From the NCBI GenBank assembly GCA_049299095.1, contig JBAQWV010000143.1, positions 25,000-88,999 on the forward strand: 64,000 nucleotides of DNA, in the 5' to 3' direction. Under the pieces are notes generated by a model, which worked only from the letters and a program-made list of their open reading frames with translations, did not search any database and had not been told where the DNA came from. The translations under genes and the position numbers were made by a program. Each line of letters opens with the position of its first letter. The first letter of the stretch is position 1. Positions 29,215 through 40,602 of this stretch are shown here, one piece after another. This stretch comes from Anaerolineae bacterium. Lineage in GTDB: Bacteria; Chloroflexota; Anaerolineae; JAAEKA01.

Positions 29215-30033
29215 GTGAAAATTTTGATCGCAACGGGTGGTTCCTCCCATTCGGAAAAGGCGCTGCGTTTTTGCGCCCAACTCGTGCAATGCGGTGACGA
29301 GCCGCCAACGGTTTTAACTGTGGTGCGCAATCAATCGGAGATAGCCGCGGGCGAAGCGATTTTGCAGCGCGCCCGCGCGATGTTGCACGACCGCCCCTGC
29401 GCCAAAACGCTGGTGCGCGTGGGCCGACCAGCCGAGCAAATCCTCGCGGAGGCACGCGAGGGGCGTTATAATTTGATCATTGTCGGCGAGCGGCAGGGTT
29501 ACACACTAAAAACGCGCGTTTTGGGGTCTACTGCCCTGCGCGTGATCGAACACGCTGCCTGTCCAGTGCTGATCGTGCGCGGCGAAGTGCGTCCGATCCA
29601 GCGCATTTTGCTGTGTGAAAGCGGCGCGCTCACCCCATCCCTGCACACACGCTTTACAGCGCAACTGGCGGATGTGCTGCAGGGCCAGGAAGAGATCACC
29701 GTGCTCCACGTCATGTCGCAGTTTACCGCCTGGCCGGGGGTAAGCGACCATGATCTGGTAGCATCGGCCGAAGAATTGATGGCTGATCACGCACCGGAAG
29801 GGCAGTGGCTGGTCAACGACCTGCAAGTGCTGACACGGCCCGACATTCAAGCGCGCCCCAAAGTGCGGCATGGCACAGTTGTAGAAGAAATCATGGCAGA
29901 GATCGAAGAGAACGCCTATGACCTGGTGGTAATCGGCGCGCATCGCGATGCTGGCTGGCAGCGCGTATTGCTGGAAAACATCGCCCGCGAGATCATCCGG
30001 GTGGTGGATCGCCCCCTGTTGATCGTGCGCTAG
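29215..30033 (+). CDS. Universal stress protein, tandem UspA domains
   Basis: Two USP-like halves (MKILIATGGSSHSEKAL... and ...ILLCESGALTP...VVIGAHRDAGW). GTG start with AAGGAG RBS. Confidence 0.7.
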   Translation: MKILIATGGSSHSEKALRFCAQLVQCGDEPPTVLTVVRNQSEIAAGEAILQRARAMLHDRPCAKTLVRVGRPAEQILAEAREGRYNLIIVGERQGYTLKTRVLGSTALRVIEHAACPVLIVRGEVRPIQRILLCESGALTPSLHTRFTAQLADVLQGQEEITVLHVMSQFTAWPGVSDHDLVASAEELMADHAPEGQWLVNDLQVLTRPDIQARPKVRHGTVVEEIMAEIEENAYDLVVIGAHRDAGWQRVLLENIAREIIRVVDRPLLIVR

Positions 30034-30168
30034 CTGGTAGTAATTGAGATGACGAGCAAATCAAGTGCGTTCTGGTATCGCCAGAAGGCACTTGTTCGTT
30101 TTACAGCCCCTTGAGCACGACGCGCATATAACAAGGCGCGGGGCGGCACGCCCCAGTTCAGGAGTGCT

Positions 30169-31116
30169 ATGAAAATACTTTCGGCAGGCTTTGTATGCGG
30201 CGATCTGGTGCTGGCTGCGGTGGACGAGTTGCCCCCCAGCAGCGGTAACCGCTTTGTGGATCAGGCGGCACTGGCCATTGGCGGTTGCGCGGCCAACGCG
30301 GCAGTCGGCTTGGCGCGCCTACTGACCGGCGCGGACGATACCGTGGCCGTGGCAGGCCGAGTGGGCGCGGACCCGCTCGGCGACTTGCTGCGCAGCGCGC
30401 TGGCCGGGGAAGGGGTGCGCACCGATCCTTTGCTGGCAACGACCGCGGCGACGACCGCGATCAACACCGTGCTGGTGTCCAGCAGCGGCGAGCGCAGCTT
30501 TTACGTGTTCGACGGCGCGTGTCGCCTGTTCACCCCCGCCGATCTGCCCGACACCCTGCTGCGCCAGTTCGATCACCTGCACCTGGCCGCGGTCGGCTCA
30601 CTCGCCGGGCTGGCGGGAGACGCAGGCGCGGACGTGGCGCGCCGTGCGCGGGCGCTGGGCCTGACCGTTAGCCTCGACATGACATTGAACCCGCCGCGCG
30701 CGGCAGCCGCGGATGTGCTGCCGCTACTGCCGTTCGTTGATCTATTTTTGCCCAACCTGGCCGAAGCGCAAGCGGTGCTGGGCGTGACCGCGCTGGCTGA
30801 TGTGATACAGGCCGGGCTGGCGCTGGGTGTAAAGCTGTTGGGGATTAAGCTGGGCGCGGCGGGGTGTTTGCTGGCGACGCCGCAAGAGCAGCGCTTCGTG
30901 CCGGGCTTTGCTGTCTCTGCCGTAGACACGGTGGGCGCAGGCGATGCGTGGGGTGCGGCGCTAATCACCGGCTGGCGGCAGGGCTGGACGTTGTCTGAAC
31001 TGGGATGGTTCGCCAACGCGGCCGGTGCGCTGTGTACGCAGCAGCCGGGCGCGACCGCGGGAATGGCCACCGCCGAGGAAATCTGGGCATTTCTGGCCGC
31101 GGCCAGCCGCGCCTAA
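30169..31116 (+). CDS. PfkB-family carbohydrate kinase (ribokinase-like)
   Basis: PfkB signature 2 VDTVGAGDAWGAALITG. N-terminal GG-containing region. AGGAG RBS. Confidence 0.75.
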   Translation: MKILSAGFVCGDLVLAAVDELPPSSGNRFVDQAALAIGGCAANAAVGLARLLTGADDTVAVAGRVGADPLGDLLRSALAGEGVRTDPLLATTAATTAINTVLVSSSGERSFYVFDGACRLFTPADLPDTLLRQFDHLHLAAVGSLAGLAGDAGADVARRARALGLTVSLDMTLNPPRAAAADVLPLLPFVDLFLPNLAEAQAVLGVTALADVIQAGLALGVKLLGIKLGAAGCLLATPQEQRFVPGFAVSAVDTVGAGDAWGAALITGWRQGWTLSELGWFANAAGALCTQQPGATAGMATAEEIWAFLAAASRA

Positions 31117-31338
31117 GTTTCAGCATGGCTTTTATTGGGCAGCAGATTGTTACGAAGATAGTTTAATTTGCGCAGCGTAACAATTCCGTAACACCCTTAT
31201 GCTACTATAAAGCATGTGGTGCTTGCTGGTGAGTACATCGCCTGATAAAATCGCGGAGGGGGGCTGTGATTGCAGAAGGCCCCAGTCAATTTTGTGATTG
31301 AGGCGTTCCGTCGGGCGGGTAACATCCAACAGCATCGC

Positions 31339-31370
31339 GCGGGCCAGTGCAAACTGGCCCGCTTTTATTT
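31339..31370 (+). terminator. Orphan intrinsic terminator, ~225 nt downstream of the PfkB kinase stop
   Basis: gcgggccagt gcaaa ctggcccgc ttttattt: perfect 9-10-bp GC stem plus T-tract. Confidence 0.6.
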
Positions 31371-31454
31371 CTCCAGCGACCATGCCCAATTGGCAGTTAC
31401 CAAGACTTGACAGCCCGCGATGCGTAGGCTACCATGCCGCCGGAGTACAAACCC

Positions 31455-32477
31455 ATGATTAACTTTGCTCTGATCGGCTGTGGCCGGGTTGCGCCCCGCC
31501 ACGCACAATCATATGGACAACTGGCGGAAACGCGCTTTGTGGCCGCAGCGGACATCCGCGCGGAACGCGCTGAACGCTTTGGCGCGGAATACAGCGTCGC
31601 GACCTATACCGACTACGCAGAGGTGCTGGCGCGGCCTGATGTAGATGCGGTCAGCATCTGTGTGCCCAGTGGCCTGCACGCGCAGGTGGCGATTGACGCG
31701 CTGCAAGCTGGCAAACATGTGCTGGTGGAAAAGCCGATTGCCCTTAGCCTGGCCGACGCCGACCGCATGATCGCGGCCGCACGCGCCCACAACCGGCTGC
31801 TCGGCGTGGTGCTGCAAAACCGCTACAACTCGCCCATGCAGCAGGTGCGCCGCGCCGTGGACGATGGCTTGCTGGGCCGGTTGTATCTGGGCAACGCCAC
31901 AGTGCGCTGGTATCGCCCGCAGTCCTACTACGAAGACGGCTGGCATGGCACATGGGCGATGGACGGCGGTGCGTTGATGAACCAAAGCATCCACCACATT
32001 GATGCGTTGCAATGGCTGCTGGGGCCGGTGCAGTCGGTGCAAGCCTATGCGGCCACGCTGGCGCACCAGATGGAAGCGGAGGACGTGGGTGTGGCTGTGT
32101 TGCGTTTTGCTAATGGCGCGCTGGGCACAGTGGAAGGTTCGACTGTTACCTGGCCGCAAAACCTTGAAGGCTCGGTGGCGCTGTTCGGCGAGCATGGTTC
32201 GGTTCAGGTGGGCGGCACGGCGCTCAATCGCATCACGCTGTGGAAGGTGCGCGGCCAACTGGAACAGGAAGCGGAAATCCTCACCAGCCAGCGGGTTGAT
32301 CCGCCCTCGGTGTATGGCTACAGTCACCGCGCAGTGATCCGCGACTTTGCGCAGGCGATTATGGAAGGGCGCACGCCCGGCACCCCGGGCGAAGAAGCTC
32401 GCAAATCGCTGGCGCTGGTGTTGGCAATCTATGAAGCCGCAGCCACAGGACGGGAAACGATTGTGAGTGGCGAGTAA
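31455..32477 (+). CDS. Gfo/Idh/MocA-family NAD(P)-dependent oxidoreductase
   Basis: N-terminal Rossmann MINFALIGCGRVAPRHA...DVDAVSICVPSGLHA...LQAGKHVLVEKP. Start trimmed to the second ATG (31455) with GGAG RBS. Candidate TTGACA-17-TACCAT promoter at 31408-31436. Confidence 0.75.
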   Translation: MINFALIGCGRVAPRHAQSYGQLAETRFVAAADIRAERAERFGAEYSVATYTDYAEVLARPDVDAVSICVPSGLHAQVAIDALQAGKHVLVEKPIALSLADADRMIAAARAHNRLLGVVLQNRYNSPMQQVRRAVDDGLLGRLYLGNATVRWYRPQSYYEDGWHGTWAMDGGALMNQSIHHIDALQWLLGPVQSVQAYAATLAHQMEAEDVGVAVLRFANGALGTVEGSTVTWPQNLEGSVALFGEHGSVQVGGTALNRITLWKVRGQLEQEAEILTSQRVDPPSVYGYSHRAVIRDFAQAIMEGRTPGTPGEEARKSLALVLAIYEAAATGRETIVSGE

Positions 32478-32585
32478 GCAGGTGGCAAGTGGCATTCGCC
32501 TCATCCGTCCTTTGTCCTTATACCTCCTACTCGTTTACCGTTTCCGTTCCCCCAATCTCCCCATCTCGTGCTATAATTCTGCCCT

Positions 32586-35500
32586 ATGACAACGAAACTT
32601 TCACGCCTGTGCGAAGCCTTGATTGAAGCGGGTTGGCTGGCGGCGCTGATCATCGCGCCGGTCTTCTTTAACGTCCATTCCAGCCGTGTATTTGAACCGG
32701 ACAAGATCAGTCTGGTGCGCTCGCTGGCGCTACTGATGGCCGCGGCTTGGCTTGTCAAGACGATCCATGACGGCTGGGGCTTTGCGCGCGCGGGCGGAGA
32801 AGGGGAACGCGGTTCGTTATGGGGCTGGCTGCGCGCCACGCCGATGGGGCTGCCTGTGCTGGGACTGGTCGTCGTCTACCTGATCAGTACCGTGTTTTCG
32901 CTCACCCCGCGCATCAGTTGGTGGGGATCGTATCAGCGTCTGCAAGGCACGTACACGACCCTTTCCTACATTATCATTTTTTTCATGCTGCTGACACAGT
33001 TGCGCAGGCCCGAACAATGGCGACGCATCGCCTACGTGATCATCCTGACCAGCCTGCCGGTGGCGATTTACGGTATTTTGCAGCGCAGTGGCGCGGATCC
33101 GCTGCCGTGGGGCGGCGACGTGCAACGACGCGTGGCTGCCAACATGGGCAATGCCATCTTTGTGGCGGCCTATCTGCTGATGGCCTTCTTCCTAACCCTC
33201 GAACGCACGGTGTATCACTTCGGGCGGGTGCTGCGCGGCAGCGCGACCGGCCTGGCTGATACGATCCTTGCAGGCTGCTACCTATTTGTGCTGGCCGTGC
33301 AAAGCCTGACTATCCTGTTTACGCAAAGCCGCGGCCCCTTCCTCGGCCTGCTGGCCGGCCTATATGTTTTCGGCATGGTTGGCGTGCTGGGCTTGCGCGC
33401 CTGGGCGAGGGGGAAACAGGCACTGAACGGCGGCCTGCGGCTGGTTGCCAACTGGGGTTGGTTGGGCATGATCGTGGGCGCGGTGCTAATTTTGGGGTTT
33501 TTGGTGATCTTTAACTTGCCCAATTCGCCGCTGGCCAGCCTGCGCACCAATCCGTACATTGGCCGCCTCGGTACCGCGCTGGACCTGGAAGCCAACACCG
33601 CGCGCGTGCGTACCCTGATCTGGCAAGGCGCGAGCGAGCTGGTTGTACCACACGATCCGTTACTGCGCCCTGTGCCCACTGGTGACGGCTCCACCGCGCA
33701 GATGGAGCCGGATACGTTGAATATTATCCGCCCGCTGATCGGCTACGGCCCGGAAGCGATGTGGGTGGCCTTCAATCGCTACTATCCGCCCGATTTGGCA
33801 CATCACGAGGCGCGCAACGCGTCGCCCGACCGCTCGCACAACGAAACCTTTGACTCGCTGGTGATTACTGGCTTGTTCGGCTTCATTGCCTACATGGCGG
33901 TGTTTATCAGCCTGTTTTACTACAGCCTGAAGTGGCTGGGGCTGATCCGCAACGGTCGCCAGCGCACCTTGTTCCTGGCCACAGTATTCATTTCAGCCGC
34001 GCTGGGTGCGCTGTTGCCGTACCTTGTGCAGGGCAACTTCGTGTTGGCCGGGTTGACGCTGCCCGGCTTTCTGGTGATCGGCATCATTCTGTATATCACA
34101 GTGGCCGCGCTCTGGAATGAGCAGAAGGGCCTGCCGATGCATCTCGGCCATCGCGAGCTGATTGTGATGACCATTCTGGCGACGCTGATCGCCCATTTCC
34201 TGGAGATTCACATCGGTATAGCGATTGTCTCCACCCGCACCTATTTCTGGGTGTGGAGCGGGGTCCTGGTGGCGCTGGGCATGAACTGGCTGCGACTGGA
34301 TGGCGCGGCGGAAGCTGTGCCTGTGGAAAAGGTCACGGCCAAGCCCATTCAGCAGCCTGTCAAGGGCAAGAAACGCCCGTCTTCTGCGCCAGTGGTCGCA
34401 CCCGTGCGCGGGCTGACCCAGCCCTCCACACTGATGGAAGCAGCCCTATACGCGACTACAATCGGTCTAACCCTGTTTACCCTGGCGTTTGATTACATCA
34501 TCAACCCGAACGCGGTTGACCTACGCCAAACCAATCCGGTACTGGTGTTCTTCTATGCGTTTACCTCGCGCGTAGTCAGGGGCGAACGCCTTACCTCGTT
34601 TGCGCTGCTGTGGCTGGTGCTGTTTGTGCTACTGGTAGGGCTGGCAATTGCCTTGTTCGACATTAGCCGATACCAGCCGCGCGGCCAGGGCAGCAAAGCA
34701 GGACGCAACGCGGCTGTTTTCCTGGCGATCAGCCTGGGCATCTTTTTCGTCTTTGGCCTGCTGCACGCGGCCAGTATCGCTGGTGACGTGCAAGTGCAGC
34801 TTGCGGGCGGGGTCACGCTGGATCAGCTTGCCTTGCGCGCGGCCAATCACATCGTCACGTATTACATCGTAGCCCTGATTCTGGTGTTGACGATGGCCGC
34901 GCTGATCTTCTTCAATCGTCCGTTGCACGATCCCTGGCTCGCTGGCCGCGGCAGGCTGGCACTGGTCGCAGCCGCGGTTTTATTCCCGCTGGCGCTCTTC
35001 TTTATCTACAAAGTCAATATCAACCTGGTGCGGGCAGACGCAGTGTATAAACAAGGTTCAGCCTATGAAGCGGCTGATCGCTTCGATGAAGCCGTTTACC
35101 TATATCAACTAGCCGCGGAGATCATGCCCAAAGAAGACTATTACCAGTTGTTTATTGGTCGTGCGCAACTGGAGCAGGCGCGGCAGGCCACGGACACAGA
35201 GCGCGAAGCCTATCTGCGGCAGGCCGAGCAATCGCTGATTGCGGCGCGCGGTCTCAACCCGATGAACACTGACCACAGCGCCAACTTGAGTCGCCTTAAC
35301 CTGGCCTGGGCGCAGATGATGCAGGGAGACGAGCGCGCACAGCGCACGCAATTGGCGCTGGACAACTATGCTATCACCACGCAACTCAGCCCGAACGCCG
35401 CGCACCTGCACAACGAATACGCCGGAGCCTATCAATTTGCGGGCGATCTGGACAACGCGCTGATGCAATATCAAAAATCGCTCAGCCTGGACCCGCTGTA

Positions 35501-35858
35501 CGTGGAAACTTACCGCCGTCTGGGTGATTTCTACCGTGCTACGCAGCAGAACGACCTGGCGATTAGTACCTATGAAAAGGGGCTGGAGATTGCCCCGCGC
35601 GATGTGGCGCTGCACAGCCTGCTGGGCTATCTGTACTCGCAGGTGAACGAATCGCAAAAAGCCATTGAACAAAACCTGATCGTGCTGGACTTGCGCCCCA
35701 ACGACGCCTCCGCGCTGCGCAACCTGACAGTGCTGTATTCTGAAACCGGCGACAAGGCCGCGGCATTGCGCTACGCACAGGCGGCGCTGGAAGTCACCAC
35801 CGACGAGGATGACCGCGCGGCCTTGCAAACCTTGATCCAGCAACTGCAAACGCCATGA
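32586..35858 (+). CDS. Large polytopic membrane protein: O-antigen ligase/polymerase (Wzy_C)-like domain fused to C-terminal TPR repeats
   Basis: More than 12 predicted TM helices, with an O-antigen-ligase-like loop region. C-terminal TPR-like repeats ([28 protein letters not shown]...). TATAAT just upstream. Confidence 0.55.
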   Translation: MTTKLSRLCEALIEAGWLAALIIAPVFFNVHSSRVFEPDKISLVRSLALLMAAAWLVKTIHDGWGFARAGGEGERGSLWGWLRATPMGLPVLGLVVVYLISTVFSLTPRISWWGSYQRLQGTYTTLSYIIIFFMLLTQLRRPEQWRRIAYVIILTSLPVAIYGILQRSGADPLPWGGDVQRRVAANMGNAIFVAAYLLMAFFLTLERTVYHFGRVLRGSATGLADTILAGCYLFVLAVQSLTILFTQSRGPFLGLLAGLYVFGMVGVLGLRAWARGKQALNGGLRLVANWGWLGMIVGAVLILGFLVIFNLPNSPLASLRTNPYIGRLGTALDLEANTARVRTLIWQGASELVVPHDPLLRPVPTGDGSTAQMEPDTLNIIRPLIGYGPEAMWVAFNRYYPPDLAHHEARNASPDRSHNETFDSLVITGLFGFIAYMAVFISLFYYSLKWLGLIRNGRQRTLFLATVFISAALGALLPYLVQGNFVLAGLTLPGFLVIGIILYITVAALWNEQKGLPMHLGHRELIVMTILATLIAHFLEIHIGIAIVSTRTYFWVWSGVLVALGMNWLRLDGAAEAVPVEKVTAKPIQQPVKGKKRPSSAPVVAPVRGLTQPSTLMEAALYATTIGLTLFTLAFDYIINPNAVDLRQTNPVLVFFYAFTSRVVRGERLTSFALLWLVLFVLLVGLAIALFDISRYQPRGQGSKAGRNAAVFLAISLGIFFVFGLLHAASIAGDVQVQLAGGVTLDQLALRAANHIVTYYIVALILVLTMAALIFFNRPLHDPWLAGRGRLALVAAAVLFPLALFFIYKVNINLVRADAVYKQGSAYEAADRFDEAVYLYQLAAEIMPKEDYYQLFIGRAQLEQARQATDTEREAYLRQAEQSLIAARGLNPMNTDHSANLSRLNLAWAQMMQGDERAQRTQLALDNYAITTQLSPNAAHLHNEYAGAYQFAGDLDNALMQYQKSLSLDPLYVETYRRLGDFYRATQQNDLAISTYEKGLEIAPRDVALHSLLGYLYSQVNESQKAIEQNLIVLDLRPNDASALRNLTVLYSETGDKAAALRYAQAALEVTTDEDDRAALQTLIQQLQTP

Positions 35859-36883
35859 TCGCCTTTCTCGCGGTTCATCCCACCAGTGTTTATCTGCTGG
35901 TTGCGCTCACAGCCCTGCTCCTGGCGGTGGTCACCACGCCGATGGTGCGTCGGATCGCCTGGCGCTACGGCTTCGTAGACCAGCCCAGCTTTCGCAAGGT
36001 GCATACCACGCCGATCCCGCGGCTGGGCGGCGTGGCGATCTACCTCGGCTTCATCGTGGCCCTGCTCCTGCTGGGCACACGTTTTCGCATCAACGAGGTC
36101 ATCGGCATCATGCTGGGCGCAACGCTGGTGTCGGTAATCGGCGGCATTGACGACCGCAGCCCGGTCAATCCGCTCCCCAAGCTGATCGTGCAGGCGCTGG
36201 CCGCGGGCATCTTGATCCTGAACAAGGTGCAGATTCAAATGTTTCCCTGGCCGTGGCTGAACATCCTGGCAACGGTGATTTGGGTGACGGGAATTACCAA
36301 CGCGCTGAACTTTCTGGACAACATGGACGGCTTGTCTGCGGGCGTGGCTGCCGTCGCCGCGGGATTTTTTCTGCTGCTGGCTGCGCTCAGTGGGCAGTAC
36401 CTGGTCGGCGCGCTGGCCGCGGCGCTGTTGGGCGCGTGTCTTGGCTTTCTGTATTACAACATCAACCCGGCCAGCATCTTCATGGGCGACAGCGGTTCGC
36501 TCTTCATCGGCTTTGTGTTAGCCGCGATTGGCATTAAACTGCGCTTTCCTGACAACGTAGACATCGTTACCTGGATGGCTCCGGTGCTGGTGCTTGGCCT
36601 GCCCATTCTCGATACCACGTTGGTCATCATTTCCCGGCTGCGGCGCGGCAAAAACCCGCTGACCACAGCAGGCAAAGACCATATCTCGCATCGGCTTGCC
36701 CGCCGCACCGGCTCCAAGCGCGAAGCTGTGCTGATCTGCTACCTGATCGGCTGCGCGCTCGGCATGACAGGCATTTTTATCACCACGGCCACAGTAGCCG
36801 AGGGCTATCTGGTCGGCAGCGCAGTCGCCCTGATTGGCCTCAGCGTCATCTGGTGGCTGGAAACCAAAGTAGGCTACGAATAA
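35855..36883 (+). CDS. Glycosyltransferase family 4 polyprenyl-phosphate HexNAc-1-phosphate transferase (WecA/TagO/MraY-like)
   Basis: MraY/WecA-type membrane topology and motifs ([23 protein letters not shown]...GIDDRSPV...[12 protein letters not shown]...[13 protein letters not shown]). ATGA overlap with the upstream gene. Confidence 0.75.
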   Translation: MIAFLAVHPTSVYLLVALTALLLAVVTTPMVRRIAWRYGFVDQPSFRKVHTTPIPRLGGVAIYLGFIVALLLLGTRFRINEVIGIMLGATLVSVIGGIDDRSPVNPLPKLIVQALAAGILILNKVQIQMFPWPWLNILATVIWVTGITNALNFLDNMDGLSAGVAAVAAGFFLLLAALSGQYLVGALAAALLGACLGFLYYNINPASIFMGDSGSLFIGFVLAAIGIKLRFPDNVDIVTWMAPVLVLGLPILDTTLVIISRLRRGKNPLTTAGKDHISHRLARRTGSKREAVLICYLIGCALGMTGIFITTATVAEGYLVGSAVALIGLSVIWWLETKVGYE

Positions 36884-36891
36884 AGTTCCGT

Positions 36892-38232
36892 ATGACTTTG
36901 CAAGCAAAAATCAACCAAAAGCAAGCTACGATTTGTGTGATCGGGTTGGGCTATGTAGGATTGCCTCATGCCACCGCCTTTGCCCGGGCTGGTTTCAACG
37001 TACTGGCCCTCGACATCAATGAGCACCGCGTGGCCGCGATCAACGCCGGTCACAGCGACATTCCCGACGTTTCCTCGAAAGCGTTGGCTGCGGTGGTGAC
37101 AGCCGGCAAGCTGCGCGCCACCACCGACTACAGCCTGCTCACTGATGCTGATGTGGTGCTGATCTGCGTGCCTACACCCTTTGACGACATGAAGACCCCC
37201 GACCTGGCCTTCATCATCAGCGCGGCAGAGGGCATCGCGCCGCACCTGCACGCAGGGCAGATGGTGATCCTGCAAAGTACGACCTACCCCGGCACTACCG
37301 AGGAGATCGTGCAGCCGATTCTGGAGCGGGGCGGGCTGCGTGCAGGCGCCGACTTCCATCTGGTCTTCTCGCCCGAACGCATTGACCCCGGCAACGCCAA
37401 CTACAGCGCACATAACATTCCCAAGGTGGTCGGTGGCCTCACCCCCACCTGCACCGAGTTGGCTTGCCAGCTTTTTCGACATCTGACGCCGGAAGTACAC
37501 GCGGTTTCCACCCCGCGCGCGGCGGAAATGACTAAATTGTTGGAAAACATCTTCCGCAGCGTTAATATCGCACTGGTGAATGAGCTGGCATTGCTGATGG
37601 AGCGGATGAACATTGACATCTGGGAAGTGATCGCCGCAGCCAAGACCAAGCCGTTCGGCTTCATGGGCTTCACACCAGGGCCTGGCGTGGGCGGCCACTG
37701 CATTCCGGTGGACCCGTACTACCTGTCGTGGAAGGCGCGCGAGTTCGACTTCTACACTAAGTTCATCGAGCTGGCCGCGGAGGTCAACGCGGACATGCCG
37801 GAGCATGTTGTGCGGCTGGTGGCAGCCGGGCTGAACCAGCAGAGCAAGGCGCTCAACGGCGCGCAAGTTCTCGTGCTGGGCGTGGCGTTCAAGCGCGATA
37901 TTGATGATGCTCGTAACTCACCGGCCCAACGCGTCATCGAACTGTTACTGGACGCGGGTGCCAATGTGCGCTATTATGATCCCTATGTGCCGACGTTCAA
38001 GGTGGGTGGCAGCGCGCTGCACCGCAGCAAGGTCGTTTTGCAGTCCGCTCCACTGGACGAGGCATTGGCCGACGCGGATGCGGTGGTAATTGTCACCGGC
38101 CATTCCGGGGTGGACTATGAGCATGTCTTGGCGCGCTGTCCCATCGTGATTGATGCGGTCAACGTGACTCACACGCTGCCCAACTCAGCCAGCCGCGTGA
38201 TCCGCCTCGGCGCGCCATTGCCCGCGGCTTAA
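36892..38232 (+). CDS. Nucleotide-sugar dehydrogenase (UDP-glucose/GDP-mannose dehydrogenase family; WecC/WbpA-like)
   Basis: N-terminal ICVIGLGYVGLPHATAFARAGFNVLALD Rossmann, plus central and C-terminal UDPG_MGDP_dh domains. Start trimmed to ATG 36892. Confidence 0.75.
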   Translation: MTLQAKINQKQATICVIGLGYVGLPHATAFARAGFNVLALDINEHRVAAINAGHSDIPDVSSKALAAVVTAGKLRATTDYSLLTDADVVLICVPTPFDDMKTPDLAFIISAAEGIAPHLHAGQMVILQSTTYPGTTEEIVQPILERGGLRAGADFHLVFSPERIDPGNANYSAHNIPKVVGGLTPTCTELACQLFRHLTPEVHAVSTPRAAEMTKLLENIFRSVNIALVNELALLMERMNIDIWEVIAAAKTKPFGFMGFTPGPGVGGHCIPVDPYYLSWKAREFDFYTKFIELAAEVNADMPEHVVRLVAAGLNQQSKALNGAQVLVLGVAFKRDIDDARNSPAQRVIELLLDAGANVRYYDPYVPTFKVGGSALHRSKVVLQSAPLDEALADADAVVIVTGHSGVDYEHVLARCPIVIDAVNVTHTLPNSASRVIRLGAPLPAA

Positions 38233-38312
38233 TCTTTATTTGTGATGCAAGGCTCTGGTAAGGAGACCTTTTCATCTAACTGAACGCTTGAATTTGTTTG
38301 GAGGTATATCTG

Positions 38313-39686
38313 TTGTCTAACTCAAAATTCCGCAATGTGCTGTTGACTCTGGTCGTTTTTACGGTACTGGCGCTGGCGTTGGCAGCCTGTTCCACGCCGC
38401 CCGCGACTACAACTGACACCGCAGCGACCGCGGCTCCGGTTGCCACCGAAGCCGTCGCAGTTATTCCCACTGAAGTCCTCACGATGACTGTGCCGACCGC
38501 GACCACGCCGATCAGCATGGGCCCCAAGCCCATGCCGGTCACCGATGGATCCCGCCCGCTGGCTGACCTGACAGTGCCGCAGCGTAATGGCATCTACGGC
38601 GGCGCGCCGGATATGACCATTGACCCGGCCAAAATCTATGTCGCCACTTTCAAGACGGCCAAGGGCGATGTCGAAATTGAACTGTACGGCAAGGAAGCCC
38701 CGGTTGCGGTCAATAACTTCGTCGTGCTGGCCGACCTCGGCTACTACGATGGGATGCCGCTGTACCCGGTCGGCCCGCCCAATGCCGTGCTGTCCGGCGA
38801 TCCGACGGGCGACGGCCAGGGCGGCCCCGGCTATGACTTCCCCGCGGAGATCATGATTGCCAACGGCACGGGCGCGCTGGGCTACCTGCGCCTGCCTGAC
38901 CAGATCAACCCCGACCGGCTGAGCAACGGCAGCCAGATTTACATCACGCGCGAGGCAGTGCCGGATATTGACGGCGTATACGCGGCGTTCGGTCAGGTGA
39001 TCAAGGGCCAGGAAGTGCTGGATCAGCTCGTGCAGGGCGACGTAGTTGAAACCGTTACCATCAGCGAGGCCAAGGAACGCGTGGCGGCCACACCTGCACC
39101 GCCGACCCCCACCCCCACGCCTTACGCGCCGACCTCGGAGAAGGGCCGCCCGCTGGCTGCCCTCGATCCAGAGAAGCGTATCAACTACTTTAATACGGCT
39201 CCGACCATGCAGTTGGAAACGGGCAAGGACTACCTCGCTCGCATCACCACTGATCTGGGCGACATCGTGGTGGACCTAAATGAAAAGCAAACCCCGCTGA
39301 CTGTCAACAACTTTGTGGTGCTGGCAAACCTCGGTTTCTATGATAACACCATGTTCCATCGCGTGATCGAAGGCTTTATGGCGCAGGCAGGCGATCCGAG
39401 CGGCACCGGCCGCGGCGGCCCCGGCTATACCTTCGAGGACGAAATCGTGCCGGAATTGGTGTTCGACAAGGCAGGTATTCTGGCGATGGCTAACGCCGGG
39501 CCTGCCACTAACGGCAGCCAGTTCTTCATTACCTTCGACGCGACCGACTGGCTGAACGGCCAGCACACCATTTTTGGCAAGGTCATCGAAGGCCAGGACT
39601 TGCTGAGCAAGATTCAGTTGCGCGATCCCGCGGATCCCAGCGCGCCCGCGACCATGATTAAGACGATCACCATCGAAACCAAATAA
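38313..39686 (+). CDS. Secreted/lipoprotein peptidyl-prolyl cis-trans isomerase with two tandem cyclophilin domains
   Basis: Two cyclophilin cores (…[30 protein letters not shown]… and an earlier [30 protein letters not shown]). Signal peptide with LAACS lipobox. TTG start 38313 after GGAGG RBS (ORF track alt-start 38298). Confidence 0.75.
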   Translation: MSNSKFRNVLLTLVVFTVLALALAACSTPPATTTDTAATAAPVATEAVAVIPTEVLTMTVPTATTPISMGPKPMPVTDGSRPLADLTVPQRNGIYGGAPDMTIDPAKIYVATFKTAKGDVEIELYGKEAPVAVNNFVVLADLGYYDGMPLYPVGPPNAVLSGDPTGDGQGGPGYDFPAEIMIANGTGALGYLRLPDQINPDRLSNGSQIYITREAVPDIDGVYAAFGQVIKGQEVLDQLVQGDVVETVTISEAKERVAATPAPPTPTPTPYAPTSEKGRPLAALDPEKRINYFNTAPTMQLETGKDYLARITTDLGDIVVDLNEKQTPLTVNNFVVLANLGFYDNTMFHRVIEGFMAQAGDPSGTGRGGPGYTFEDEIVPELVFDKAGILAMANAGPATNGSQFFITFDATDWLNGQHTIFGKVIEGQDLLSKIQLRDPADPSAPATMIKTITIETK

Positions 39687-39704
39687 TCCTGAATAAGCAG
39701 TAGC

Positions 39705-39745
39705 TAAAGCGGTGACTGTGCCATAATGCAGTCACCGCTTTTTTG
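39705..39745 (+). terminator. Intrinsic terminator after the cyclophilin gene
   Basis: aaagcggtgactg tgccataatg cagtcaccgc tttttt. Confidence 0.7.
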
Positions 39746-39867
39746 TAGCGCGCATGAAGATTCAGCTCTCCTGGTGTCTTGGACATAAGCATATGGGCGC
39801 GAAAAATGGGCTTCCAGACATCTGATCCGTGTGGCATCATTGATAGGGGCCTGCAAGGAGCAAACAT

Positions 39868-39899
39868 ACGCGCTGGCCCGTTACGTTGGGCCAGCGCGC
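39868..39899 (-). terminator. Perfect 11-bp GC hairpin downstream of the minus-strand island operon (putative terminator)
   Basis: acgcgctggccc gttacgtt gggccagcgcgt. On the minus strand it is followed by a moderately T-rich tract. Confidence 0.4.
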
Positions 39900-39929
39900 T
39901 CACTACAATTTGTATGACTGTAGAGCCGG

Positions 39930-40559
39930 CTAGAAATGAGTCCAGATGGGGGTTATTCCTGCAACAAACCACCTTCCATTAACTCTCACAAGGATCGCTT
40001 CCTGAAGTGCGGCTCCATCATCATAGCGGACCACAGCCCTGTCTCCAGTTATCTGCATGGACTCGTAGGTCAACACGGTCTTGGTGATAACAGGGCTGGC
40101 TAGAGCAGGCATCTGGCCGTGGTTCGCTTTGACGACCTCCTGCAACTCGTCCGCAGTCACTTCACGATCTTCTGCTTTAGCCTTATCAAGAGCTTTTTGC
40201 AGAAGCCTGGCGCCTTGTCCCCAGGCAACATACTGTGCTTGCATCACGGTTAGATATCCCGCACTACTTGCTTCTGCCTGTCCCACTATCTCAGCAACTT
40301 TTTCCATCTGCCGGGCAGTGAGTGTGTAATCCGACGTATTGACAAACACGCTGGGGAGCTCCGAGATATCAAAGGTCTGCGAAGCGGAGGCAATGACCTG
40401 ATAGGCTCGATCCATTGTCGCCATGATTTCCATGGCTTCATCGGAATCAGGCACCCCGGGGTCAGACCTCACCTGCGTCGCTCGGATAACAAACAACCCC
40501 ATTGAAAGGACAACCACCGTGACTGCGATTAGCCAGCGATTGCGGATTTGCTTGAACAT
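39930..40559 (-). CDS. Hypothetical secreted protein (signal peptide), in lower-GC island
   Basis: N-terminal MFKQIRNRWLIAVTVVVLSMGLFVIRA signal/TM. No known motif. Confidence 0.4.
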   Translation of the reverse strand: MFKQIRNRWLIAVTVVVLSMGLFVIRATQVRSDPGVPDSDEAMEIMATMDRAYQVIASASQTFDISELPSVFVNTSDYTLTARQMEKVAEIVGQAEASSAGYLTVMQAQYVAWGQGARLLQKALDKAKAEDREVTADELQEVVKANHGQMPALASPVITKTVLTYESMQITGDRAVVRYDDGAALQEAILVRVNGRWFVAGITPIWTHF

Positions 40560-40602
40560 GAATAGCTCCTTTCACGCTTGTGTGAGATTTGATGCACCCT
40601 GA

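Noticed and set aside
31150-31389. 79-aa minus-strand ORF in the PfkB/Gfo spacer
   Set aside because: No RBS and no conserved motif. It overlaps the orphan terminator and candidate promoter elements and is likelier non-coding.
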